Made by a program: the position numbers and the translations under genes | Assembly (NCBI RefSeq): GCF_009914755.1 | Contig: NC_060926.1 | Origin: the human T2T-CHM13v2.0 reference genome, Homo sapiens | Length of the DNA: 64,000 nucleotides | Direction: 5' to 3' (one strand) | In this document: positions 11,580 through 24,547 of the stretch, piece after piece | How the letters are laid out: each line of letters starts with the position of its first letter | Position numbering within the stretch: the first letter of the stretch is position 1 | The notes under the pieces: model-generated | What the model was told of the DNA's origin: nothing | Databases searched by the model: none | What the model saw: only the letters and a program-made list of their open reading frames with translations

Positions 11580-12455
11580 ATTTTTAAAAGCGACTAGCTT
11601 TTAGAGCACTTTTAGGCTCTCAGAAGTATTGAGCAAAAGGTAAAGGGATTTCCAATATGCTTTCTGCCCCCATATATGCATAGCCTTCCCAATTGTCAAC
11701 ATCCCACAGCATAGGGGTACATTCGTTACAATTGATAAGCCTACATTGACACATCAATATCGTCCTGAAGCGATCCTGTTGTAGTTCATAAGCATGATGA
11801 TTTGGTGTTCACGTGCATGTGTGGGATGTGCCGCCCACAAACCTTGTTAGGACATTGGCACATTACCCATCTGACATGAAGAAATATACATAGCACTCAA
11901 AATCCATAATTTACATTAGAGTTCCCGTTGGTTTTGTACATTCTAAGGGCTGGGACAAATGTATAATGGCATGTATTCACCATTATAGAATCATTACAGA
12001 GTAGATTCACTGCCCTAAAAATCCTCTGTGCTCTGCCTATTCATCCCTCCCTCTCTCCTAACCCCTGGCAACCACTGATCGTTTTGCTATCTTCATAGTT
12101 TTGCCTTTTGCAGAATGTCATATAGTTGGAATCGTACAATATTTAGTCTTTTCAGACTGGTTTCTTTCACTCAGTAAGAGGCATTTGAAGTTCCTCCATG
12201 TCCGCTCATGGCTTGATGGCTCATTTCTCTTTAGCACTGAATAATATTCCATTGTCTGGATGTACCACAGTTTATGTATTCATTCATCTACTGAAGGACA
12301 TCTTGGTTACTTATAAGTTTTGGCAATTATGAACAAAGCTGCTATAAACATCCATGTGTAGTTTTTGTGTGGACATAAGTTTCCAACTCCTTTGGGTAAA
12401 TACCAAGGAATTGGATAGTATAGTAAGAATATGTTTAGTCTTGTAAGAACCTTGG
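11580..12455 (-). mobile_element. Old mammalian L1 (L1M) 3' end
   Basis: ttttagagcacttttagg...gcctacattgacacatc / aatccataatttacattag...ggcaaccactgatc, a collinear L1M 3' end. Confidence 0.85.
11773..11876 (+). ncRNA. U13 (SNORD13) snoRNA retrocopy, probably a pseudogene
   Basis: atcctgttgtagttcataagcatgatgatttggtgttcac...ggcacattacccatctgac aligns end to end with recalled U13. Box C TGATGA at 11795-11800 and box D CTGA at 11871-11874. Confidence 0.9.
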
Positions 12456-12943
12456 TGTATTTTTTAAACAGAAAGCTGGATTTCTCCCCTTTGGCCAAGA
12501 ATCCTACATTGGAGCACTTGAAAAGGCATCAGTGACACTTCATAATCAGCCTGCCCATGCTTGATGGCAACCAATATAGGCATTCAGAATTATGTAACCT
12601 TTGGTGCAGTGGAGAGGGATGCGTCCAGGGATAAGTACACAGATTTCCTGGCACTGGAAATATTCTGTGTCTTAACCTGTATGAAGAGAGCATGAAAATT
12701 GGCTTTATTATTCTTTATACCATATATAAATTATGTATTTTGGTATTGATGAGGAAATATACCATCAAACTAAAAATTTTTTAAGGCTCAAATACAAGGT
12801 ACTGGTGGCTCTGGGATTATATAATAGTAGTTTACAACCTTTGTATGTTTGTCATGTATTTTCAAAGTTTAGAACTTTTTGCTGTTCACTTAAACAAGCC
12901 ACTAAATATGTCTGCAAGAATCACACTCCTTAAGTGTAATAGC

Positions 12944-13420
12944 CTGTTACTGAACCAAACTGGGTCAATTTGCCCATGCGCCATGGAAGGCCAAACACTG
13001 AAGCACCAGGCTTTTGTAGAGAGAAGAGTTTATTACAAGCTGCTGAGCAAAGAGACAGGAGTCTGCCTCAAATCTGTCTCCCCAAGTTGGGGGTTAGGGC
13101 AGGTCTTATAGGGAGAGGGTATTGAGGCATGCAGTGATTGGATCTTGCAGTGAGGTGATGCTGGGAGCTGTGATCTGGCTGGATCTTGCCATGAGGTGAT
13201 GCCAGGGCGTGATCTGATTGGATCATGCCATGTGGTATCTGCATTTAATTTAATTTGGTACCCATATTTCTTGGTCAGAGCACTTAGGGCCACCTATGGT
13301 TGCACACTTGGTTCACCTGGGGATAATCAGGTTATGTAACTTGAACCCATGGCAACTGAAAACCAACTCACCATTTTATTACACAAAGTTCAACCAGATT
13401 GGGTTGGTTCTGCAGTTACA
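12944..13420 (-). mobile_element. ERV1-type solo LTR (family uncertain)
   Basis: TG...CA termini (tgttac...gttaca), reverse poly(A) signal tttatt near 13028, internal gatct-containing repeats. Confidence 0.6.
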
Positions 13421-13789
13421 GCTTCACAGAATTTGCAAAAGCATCCACAGTAATCACTCTGTTTTCCAAGTCACCCTTTAGCACCCACTGGGTGGTGTTT
13501 GACAGAGGTGTCTACCTGACCAGATTTATGCTTCAGTCAAATCTGGACCCTCCTGGAGGACCAGCTCACCCCACAGTGAGCCTCTTCCCTTGCACCAAGT
13601 TCTGCTCTCACCTCCTGTGCCCGTGGCTAGCTCAGCCCCATCTGACACATCACTGTGGTGATAGGAAAAATACATCTTACACGTGAGTCAGAATGTCCAT
13701 ATGCCCTGGGAAGTGTTGATGGCACACTGGCTGGAAGCCATTGGCTCATAAAATCATGAGTCACTGCAGCAGCTCCGTGCAGAAAAGTC

Positions 13790-14030
13790 CACAGTGTGGG
13801 AGTGGTGAGGAGAATCTGCTTGAGTGGTATTGCCTAAGCTGGAATTCTGGCTTTGCCATTTACTGGGGGGTGACCCTGGGCAAGATACTTGACTATGCTT
13901 TTGTTTTCTTCTCTGTAAAGTGGTAATAATGTTAGCATACCTACTTCATAGGGTTGTTGTGAAAATTAAATGATTTGGTATATGTAAAATGCTTAGAAGG
14001 TACCTGGTACCTGATGCTATATGAGTGTTT
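13790..14030 (+). mobile_element. MIR
   Basis: MIR core: gtgaccctgggcaagatacttgac...tctgtaaagtggtaataatg...acttcatagggttgttgtgaaaattaaatga. Confidence 0.75.
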
Positions 14031-14146
14031 GATTTTTTTTGTTTCTATGGCATTAGAGTAGCTCCATTTAAGTCCAAATGGCAAAACGGATGGGGTCAGA
14101 GTTGGGCAGAGGACAAACCTGTTTTTGCTTTTCTATGCCTTGAAGC

Positions 14147-14480
14147 TGTAATAAAGAATCGGACTCTATTTTGACTGCTGACAGCTCTGGAGCCACACCT
14201 CTTCCTCTTCCCCTCTTGCTCCACATCTGAGCAAGCTGAGAAGAAAGCCCACATTCCCCTCACTTGGTGCCCATAGGAAGCTCAATCCACACAGTCCTCT
14301 TGTCTTATGCAGGAACCTCTAGCCCAGCCCACTCCCTAACTACAATAAAGGCCAAGGCTGCTCTCCCCTCCTGGCTCTCCCTCAAGATCCATTTTCAGAC
14401 CTTCTTGGGAGCCTACTGTGCTCTCCCCAGCAAGCCTCATTATGTAAGAAGTAAACCTCCTCATACCCTTTTGCTTCCTG
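14147..14480 (+). mobile_element. MER31-like ERV1 LTR
   Basis: ggactctattttgactgctgacagc...ccacatctgagcaagctgagaagaaagccc resembles the recalled MER31 consensus. Confidence 0.55.
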
Positions 14481-14866
14481 TGTAGTCAGGATATCTGAAA
14501 AAACGTTTGGTGTATGTGTGGGGTGTCCCACCTCCGTGTGGCGACCATAGCAGAGAGGCATGGGGCCGGGAGACAGGGAGGGCAGAAAGCTACTCTTTCT
14601 CTTTCCTCACCCTTCACCATAGGAAATGAATTCCCAGTCTCCAGAGTAAAGACGTTAGGATCCATAGCATTGAGGGAAGAGAACTGCATTTCATGCTTCC
14701 TTTAAGTAAGGCTCTTGCACTGCCCTAATGCAATGTCCATGTGGTTACACAAGAGACTACCCAAGCATTTAAGAGTGTAGCCTTCCTTTTGTTTTTACAG
14801 AAGCCATTAGAATTTTATTTCTTCACAGAGCTAAAAAAGAATGGAAAATAGAAAATAAAAGAAATA

Positions 14867-15752
<886 letters not shown>

Positions 15753-15956
15753 TGCTCTATCACACTGTAAGGGAAAGGGAGGGAAGAGAGCGAGACAGAA
15801 GACTTAACTCATATGTTGAGGACCTACTCCACACCAGGTCCTGTGTTCTGCCCTCTTGTCATGCACACAACATAGACAACAGTCTATAGGGTAGAGATTA
15901 CAATTCCCACTTAGCAGAAGGGGAAAAAGAAACTCAAGCAGGCTAAATAAATTACC

Positions 15957-16860
15957 TGTGGTGGACAGACTCTAAACTCTCCCACATATCCTGCTTTCCA
16001 GTGTTCAAACCTTTATGTAAGCCCCTCTCCTTGAGCATGGATGGGATCTGGGACTTGCTCCCAACCAATAGTATATGGCAAAGGTGATAGATGCCACTCC
16101 TGGAATTATGTTGCATTATATAAACCTCCATCTTACTAGGAGACTGCTCTAGAGACTCTCCTTGCTGGCTTGATGAATTGCTTATGTTGGGAAAAGACAG
16201 GTGGCAAGGAACTGCAGGTGGCCTCTAGGAATGACAGGGGGCTCAGAGGAACTGCAGATAGCCTGGTTGCTGAAGATGTCCTCCAGGCAGCAAAAAGCTA
16301 GGGCCCTCAGTCCTACAGCTACAAAGAAATGAATTCTGCCAATAACCTGAGTAAGCTTAGAAGAGGCTGGGTGTGGTGGCTTATGCCTGTAATCCCAGCA
16401 CTTTGGGAGGCTGAGATGGGTGGATCACCTGAGATCAGAAGTTTGTGACCAGGCTGGCCAACATGGTGAAACCCCGTCTCTACTAAAAATACAAAAATTA
16501 GCTGGGTGTGGTGATAGTTGCCTGTAATCCCAGCTACTCAGAGGGCTGAGGCACGAGAATTCCTTGAACACAGGAGCAGAGGTTGCAGTGAGCCAAGATC
16601 TCACCATTGCACTCCAGCCTGGGCAACAAGAGCGAAACTCTGTCTCAAAAAAAAAAAAAAAAAGAAAAAAAAAAGCTTAGGAGAGCATTCTTCCCCAGTT
16701 GAGCCTCCAGATAAGAGCACAGCTTGGCTGGCACCTTGATTACTGACTTGTGAGACCCTAAGCAGAGAACCCAGCTAAGCTATGCCTGAACTCCTCACTC
16801 AAAAAAGCAATGAGGTAATAAATTGTTTTGTTTTAGGCCAATAACTCTGTGGCAATATAT
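15957..16860 (+). mobile_element. MLT1E-like MaLR LTR with an internal Alu
   Basis: tgtggtggacagactctaa...gaaatgaattctgccaataacctgagtaagcttag...agcagagaacccagctaagc. Confidence 0.7.
16365..16674 (+). mobile_element. Alu (AluS-like)
   Basis: Full Alu with TSD aagcttag(a/g)aga. Confidence 0.95.
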
Positions 16861-19023
16861 AGTTCATGCACTACCCAACTCCTGTTTTTAACATCTCCTA
16901 ATTTTAATTTTTTAGTGAGGTAGAATCCTATATAACAGCCTATAAAGTGTTGATGAAAGGCTATAGAACATCTTTGACAGTGGGCCATTTTGATTTAGCT
17001 GCTCTCATAATCTGAGAAGTTGATTGTTGAGGAAAGTGTATAATGATCATAATATGCGTTAGTATGATGACATAGGATCACTGACATATTAGGATTTAAT
17101 AATATCCTAATTGATAGCTTATTTTCTCTTTATTTATACACTCTGACTCTGTCACATTCTTCCAATTTCTATGGAAAGAGTAAATTTAATTTTATTGCTT
17201 TATATTTCTGCATTGCTAAAATTTTTCCAGTTAACATCTTTTATAAGGAATCCTATGAAGTTTCTCAATATCTTCCACAAGACTACTTATTCATGATCTT
17301 ATAGGATCCTTGTAGTGTATGAAATTATTCTAAAGTGTTACACACCTTTGAATATCAGTAATATATAAAGGAGAGGTAAAAAGTGGTAATATTTGTGCCA
17401 ATCAACCAACATTCACAAGTTATATACTATATTCTAATTTATTACTCTGCTTCTATCCCAATTAGTTTAAGTTTCCTTAGTAAAAGCACTTACTTATTAA
17501 TATAAATCCACTTCTGCTTGTAAAACTGGTGAATTTGTAACGGAAGATGTTTGAGAGCATATTTCCCAACTTATCCTTGCAATGACATTACCCCAAATAG
17601 AGAGGGCTCCTTTGTGTGAATGCTACCCATTTGCTGCCTTAAGAAAATCTAGTTCTCTCATTTGCCAATTCCAACTGCAAAACCCACTGGGCAAAAATCA
17701 CTAAGTCAAGAAATAATTCTGTGACCAATTCCCCAAGATCTGTAATTGACCCTGTTTGTACAGTCCCAGAGACATACGACAGGGGATGGCAAATAATAAA
17801 TGGCACGTTTAATTTTAAATTTGCTGGTAAAGTATCCAGATATGTTCCTGCCATTATTTTCACATGTAAATATCCAGCTTTATCAAGCCTCTGACATTTC
17901 AAGAAGTGTATTTCTTATGTGGCTGTTGATTACACCAAGTATACCACTGGCCATATTAATCAGGATGGATGGGGCAACTGCCTTCCTTATCTTTAGAATA
18001 CACGTGCTGAGCAGTGATGCTCTATGATCCAAGCTGAGCTCAGAATGTCTCCAGTTAAAATACAGTCCTCAGAGATTTTAGAGATGTTAATTAACCCCAA
18101 TAATTACATGTGGTTCTCCCCAAGATTGAGAATCTTCTTAAAAACAATTATTGTGACATTAATCTTTCAATAAATATGTGTAATATTTCAATTACACGTA
18201 TTTTCAAATATGTGTAATCCTTGTCTCAGAAGATGGAAGAAACTTCCCCATTCTGAAGATACTGGCCCAGATCAACAGAAGCTGAACTGTGTATCTCATT
18301 TATATTATACATTACCACAGCTATAGTTTTAGCAAAAATTGCAGTGTATCCTCACCATATGCTACTTGCCAATGAGGAGAATTTAAAATGGTGTCCATAG
18401 GGATTTACCATGGCAACTGTCAGAAGCATCTCACCGGAAAACTAGAAACCCTAGAAAATGATCCAAATGTCAGCATTTGTTTATTCTGAAGTACAATCCC
18501 ACAATGAGATGGCCACCCATCTTCCTGAAAGAAATCCCAGTCTACTGTGTAATTTTTATGGCAGAGATAAAAGTCATCAGCATCAGCCTAGAGGGCGAGA
18601 TGAAATACTTCCTAAAACCAGTTTAATTTTGCATTCTGGTTTTGTGTATCTACATGGAGGTATGCATGAATCATCCCCCACTTTGTTCTACCAAATATTT
18701 AGAGTTTCTAATTTTCATGCTCTCTAGACTTCTGAGCATTTTCCTGCCCCTTCCTTTCTCTCCACCAAGAATCTCCCTCTTCTCATGCAAGAAAATATAG
18801 CATAAGTTTGGGCTGGTTTGTAAGTGTGACTCACTTCACCATGGTATGACTCATCCTGGGTAAGCTGATCATAAAAGAAAAGCACCTTCCTCAGCAACGT
18901 CTGGTCTTCCACCCAAACTACTACAGAGCCTCCTACCCCTCAGGAAGAAAGTCCACCTACCTATATTCCCTGTCATGTGTTAACTGCATTCTCTTGAAAA
19001 TTCCTGTTATATTCTTCTAAGCC

Positions 19024-19397
19024 TAATGGTTGGAACTTGAGTGTGCACCACAGCTATCTGAAGGGCTTGTTAAAACAGAGGTGACTGGGCTCCACCCCCA
19101 GAACTTCTGATTCTGGAGGGCTGTGGGAAGCCTCAGCATTCACATGGGTAACAAATTCCCAGGTGACGCTGAAGCTGGTCTAGGAACCACACTGAGAACT
19201 ACTGTTTTAGGCAATGGTCCTCAACCTTGACTACACATTAGAACCACGTGAGGAGGTATTAAACAACACGCATGCCCAGGGCCTCCCAAGACCAAGTAAA
19301 TGAGAATCTCTTGCAGGAGAGTCTCAGGTACTGGTGTTTTTTGTTTCTTAGAAGCTCCTCAGGTGATTTTTATGTGCTGCTAGGATGAGAACCATTA
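19024..19397. mobile_element. Two adjacent MER5-type hAT MITEs (about 19024-19204 and 19212-19397)
   Basis: Both show MER5 hallmarks (cttgttaaaacag...cccaggtga...tgagaactactg and ctcaaccttgactacacattagaa...tgagaaccatt). Confidence 0.7.
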
Positions 19398-20211
19398 CAG
19401 TAAGAGAAGCTGATGCCAGAGATGCAAAGGGGGGTGAGATTTAAGGAGAGTGCCTTGACTCAAAATCTCCCCTATACGTTTGGTATTTTATGTGAAGAAT
19501 GCATGTTTTAATATTTAAGCAGCATTTAAAATATTTCAAAAGCACATTAACATATGTCTCATGTCCCCAGAATCTATTGTTAGTCAAATATTAAAGAATT
19601 ATTATAGCCATAATAATAGCAAACTTTCATTTCTAGTTGCTACAACTGGGTGGCTAGAAATTTAATTACGCTATTTTTTATGGCAAGATGAATGTGCTAT
19701 TTTCTATGAGAGAATAAAAATTTGCAGCATTTGAGCACAGCAAAAACATAATAAATGGCATGGAAAACATATTCCTTATCAAGAGAATAATTATCAGGAA
19801 ACCTCAACTGAGTAAAACTAGAGCTTCTCAGCGAAGCTGAGCTGTAAGTTAGTTTGTGCTTGGAAACAAACTCTTCCGTCCCTGCAAGTAGTCAACTGAA
19901 TCGTTCATATTTTTTTTGAAGACACCTGATTTTGAGTACAGACCTCATCTGACTTTTTTTTTTTTTTTTTTTACTGTTCAGATTGTAAAAGTTAAAAGTA
20001 GTGCACTGGATTGTTATTGCATAAGACCACTCAGTCTCTGTGGGACTCAGGTAATTGCGACCGATTTTCAGACTAGACTTCAGTCTTTTCAGGTTTCTTT
20101 TCCTGCTGTCTAGCATAGCACTTGGCACAGAATAGATGCTCCACAAATATTTACCAATTTAAGTGAAAATTATTGCTCTATTTCAGAAGAACTAAATGTG
20201 CTTTTTTTCTT

Positions 20212-21540
20212 TTTCTTTTTCTTTTTTTATTATTATTTTTTTTTTAGTATTTATTATCATCCTTGGGTGTTTCTCGTAGAGGGGGATTTGGCAGGGTCAC
20301 AGGACAACAGTGGAGGGAAGGTCAGCAGATAAACATGTGAACAAAGGTCTCTGGTTTTCCTAGGCAGAGGGCCCTGCCGCCTTCCGAACTGTTTGTGTCC
20401 CTGGGTACCTCAGATTAGAGAGTGGTGATGACTCTTAACAAGCATGCTGCCTTCAAGCATCTGTTTAACAAAGCACATCTTGCACCGCCCTTAATCCATT
20501 TAACCCTTAGTGGACACAGCACATGTTTCAGAGAGCACGGGGCTGGGGGCAAGGCCATAGATTAACAGCATCCCAAGGCAGAAGAATTTTTCTTAGTACA
20601 GAACAAAATGGAGTCTCCTATGTCTACTTCTTTCCACACAGACACAGTAACAATCCCATCTCTCTTTCTTTTCCCCACACTTCCCCCCTTTCTATTCGAC
20701 AAAACCGCCATCGTCATCATGGCCCGTTCTCAATGAGCTGTTGGGTACACCTCCCAGACGGGGTGGCGGCCGGGCAGAGGGGCTCCTCACTTCCCAGACG
20801 GGGCGGCCGGGCAGAGGCGCCCCCCACCTCCTGGACGGGGTGGCGGCGGGGCAGAGACACTCCTCAGTTCCCAGACGGGGTCGTGGCCAGGCAGAGGCGC
20901 TCCCCACATCCCAGACGATGGGCGGCAGGGCAGAGACGCTCCTCACTTCCTAGACAGGATGACGGCCGGGAAGAGGTGCTCCTCACTTCCCAGACTGGGC
21001 GGCCAGGCAGAGAGGCTCCTCTCATCCCAGACGATGGGCGGCCGGGCAGAGACGCTCCTCACTTCTTAGACGGGGTGGCGGCCAGGTAGAGGCTACAATC
21101 TCGGCACTTTGGGAGGCTAAGGCAGGCGGCTGGGAGGTGGAGGTTGTAGCGGGCAGAGATCACGCCACTGCACTCCAGCCTGGGCAACATTGAGCACTGA
21201 GTGAGCGAGACTCCATTTGCAATCCCAGCACCTTGGGAGGCCGAGGCTGGCAGATCACTCGCGGTCAGGAGCTGGAGACCAGCCTGGCCAACACGGCAAA
21301 AACCCGTCTCCACCAAAAAATATAAAAACCAGTCAGGCATGGCGGCGCACGCCTGCAATCCCAGGCACTCCGCATGCCGAGGCAGGAGAATCAGGCAGGG
21401 AGGTTGCAGTGAGTCCAGATGGCGGCAGTACAGTCCAGCCTCGGCTTGGCATCAGAGGGAGACCGTGCAAAGGGGAGAGGGAGAGGGAGAGGGAGGAGAG
21501 GAGGAGAGGAGGGAGAGGAGGGAGAAGAGGGAGAGGGAGA
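20212..21540 (-). mobile_element. Complete SVA retrotransposon (older A/B-like, short VNTR)
   Basis: T-rich tail 20212-20245, SINE-R about 20246-20745, VNTR about 20750-21085, Alu-like domain about 21085-21470, degenerate (CCCTCT)n 21472-21540. 12-bp TSD gct(t/c)tttttctt at 20200-20211 and 21541-21552. Confidence 0.97.
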
Positions 21541-22668
21541 GCTCTTTTTCTTAATTTAATTTTTATTTGTACAAAGTAATAGATGCACATGGTGTTAGAA
21601 GTCATGGCTTATGACAACAACAACAACAAAATCGGCCACTTGTTCCATCTTCCTCACCCACCAAATTCTGCTTCCCAGACACAAGCACTATCTGCTCTGT
21701 TATTGTTGTTTCTTCTGATATTTCTATCCACATTTGTGTGTCAAAGTCATCACAAAAGGTTGTCTTGATAAAAACAGATACTATGTTTTGATTAAAAACA
21801 ACAATAAGCTGAGCTTAATGAAAACTTCTCAGACAATGGGCAACTGTCCAAATGAATCAGTCAAATGAATTCCCTGAGTCGCCTGAGTATTTGGGTTTTA
21901 TAAAGTTTGTTGGAGTGGAGTTAGTCATGGGATGGTTGATGCAGGAGTCAGAGTTAGAATCTGGGCAAGAACTGGTGAAGATTTGTAAGCCCAGGTACCC
22001 AGGATAACTTGTTTGGTACATGGGTAAGGCTACTTGTTGGAGCAGTCTGTGGTTTTCTCTTTTCAGAGTCTGTGAGTCCAAAAGAGCTGCTAACTAGTTT
22101 ATCCTGTTTTTTTTTTGTTTTGTTTTTTTTTTTTTTTGGAACATGAGGGTTCTATTTCTACTTCTAGTTCTGTTAATTTTGCTTTACATATTTTGAGTCT
22201 ATCATTAGATACATGCACATTTAGAATAGTTCTATGTTCTTGGTGAACTGAGCTCCTTATTGTTATGAGATGTTCCTTTTTACCTCTAGAAATGCTTATT
22301 ATTTTAAGAGACAGTTCATTTAGATGTACTTACATATGTCTGTTTTAGCTGAATACACTTTGCCTGAAGGATTCCCTTTAGTATTGCGTTTAGTATATAT
22401 CTTCTGGTGACAATATTCTTAGTGTTGATTTGTTGACAATGTTACTATTTCTTCTTAATTTTGAAAATATTTTCACTGGATATGTTATCTTCCTCCAAAA
22501 AGGATTTACATGTGCTTAAGGTCAAGGACTAGGTTAGGGGCGCTGGTAATACAAGTGAATTTGATTTAAGTGAAGGACTGGGATGACTCAAAGACGACTG
22601 GCTTACTTTAATTCACCTCTGTTCCTAGGGTGCATTGCTTGTGGGTTCCAACCTAAAGACAGAGGGAT

Positions 22669-22965
<297 letters not shown>

Positions 22966-23385
22966 GACAGAGGGATTTGCCAGGGCCTCTTTCATTGTTA
23001 GACCCTGAACTACAATTGTCTCGCTTACCCCATTAATCTACCAAAAGCTCTGTTCAGCTTCTCTGCCTCCTAACTGCCTTTTTTTTTTTTTTTTTAAATT
23101 GGCAGATGCTTCCAAGAGCAAAGCAGCCAAAAATGCTGGGCTCATCTCTCTAGGTTTCCTCCTTCTTTTGGATTTTGGCCCTATAATCTTTCACTGATTT
23201 GAATGCAAACAGATTTTTAAAAAAATTGTATTCAGCTTTACTAGCTGCTCTCACTAGGATGGATGGTTGGAATTATCTAGATCACCATGATTGAGGGCAA
23301 AACCACTGGTACCCTGCCCATATTCTCTTGGCAATACCTTTTCTGTGTACGCTGATTTTATGGTTTATTCCATCTCATTGTAGAC

Positions 23386-23878
23386 TGTAGTGAGACGAAA
23401 AGTGTGTCCCCCCAAAATATCAGTTCCTAATTCCTGGAAACTTTAAATGTTACCTTATAAGGAAAAAAAATATTTTTGCATGTGTGATTAAATCAAGGAG
23501 CCTGAGATGGGGAAGACTGTGCCAGATTACTTGGGTGTGACCTGAATGCCATCCCAAGCATCCTTATGAGAGAGAAACAGAGGGAGATTTTGCACACACA
23601 TGCAGAGGAGAAGGCAATATGAAGACAGAGGCGAAGGTGAGAGTGCTGCAGCCACAAGGCAAGGGAAGCCGGCAACCACTGGGAGTTGAGTTGAAAGAGT
23701 CAAGCAACAGATTCTCCTCTAAATCCTTTGAAGGAGTACAATACAGTCGACACCTTGATTTCAGCCCAGTGATACTGATTTTGGACCTCTGGCCCCCAGG
23801 ACTGTGAGATAATATATTTTTGTGGTTTTAAGCCACCGAGTTTCTAGTAATTTGTTACTGCAGCCACAGAAAACATAC
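23386..23878 (+). mobile_element. MLT1C-like MaLR solo LTR
   Basis: aatgttaccttat...gagatggggaagac...caccttgatttcagcccagtgatactgattttggacctctggccc...gttactgcagccacagaaaac. Confidence 0.8.
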
Positions 23879-24204
23879 CTAGATTGTTTCCATCAAAGCC
23901 ATTTTTATATCATTTTCCTATCTTATTTAATTAAATACCATAAGACACCTGACAGGTTCAAAGCCTTGAGTCCCTGTCCTTCAGAGACTCACAATCTGCT
24001 ATCATAAGTAATTCTGACCCAACCCGACAATAATAAGCAGGTGCTAAAATTAAAATAAAAAATCAAAGAAAATATGGGAGAGGGAGAAATTAATTTTAGC
24101 CGAGGGAAGCCAGGAAGTCATCTTAGATAGGATGGTATTTAAAGATCTTTTACTGACTTCTAACTCCTCACACTTTGTGTTTTTATGTAAGTTTTCATCA
24201 CTCT

Positions 24205-24547
24205 TTCTTTTTCCTTTTTTTCTTTTTCTTTCTTTCTTTCTTTTTTTTTTTTTTTTTTTTTTGATAGAGTCTCGCTCTATCGCCCAGCCAGGCTGGCATG
24301 CAGTTGTGCGATCTCAGCTCACCGCAACCTCTGCCTCCCAAGTTCAAGTGATTCTCCTGCCTCATCCTCCTGAGTACCTGGGATTACAGGCACGTGCCAC
24401 CACACCTGGCTAATTTTTTGTATTTTTAGTAGAGACAGGGTTTCACCATGTTAGCTAGGCTGGTCTCGAACTCCTGACCTCAAGTGATCCACCCGCCTCA
24501 GCCTCCCAAAGTGCTGGGATTACACGTGTGAGCCACCGTGCCCGGCC
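24205..24547 (-). mobile_element. Alu (AluS-like)
   Basis: Full Alu with a long T-rich tail. Confidence 0.95.

Noticed and set aside
20523-21605. ORFs of 70-188 aa
   Set aside because: They are translations of SVA SINE-R, VNTR, Alu-like and hexamer domains.
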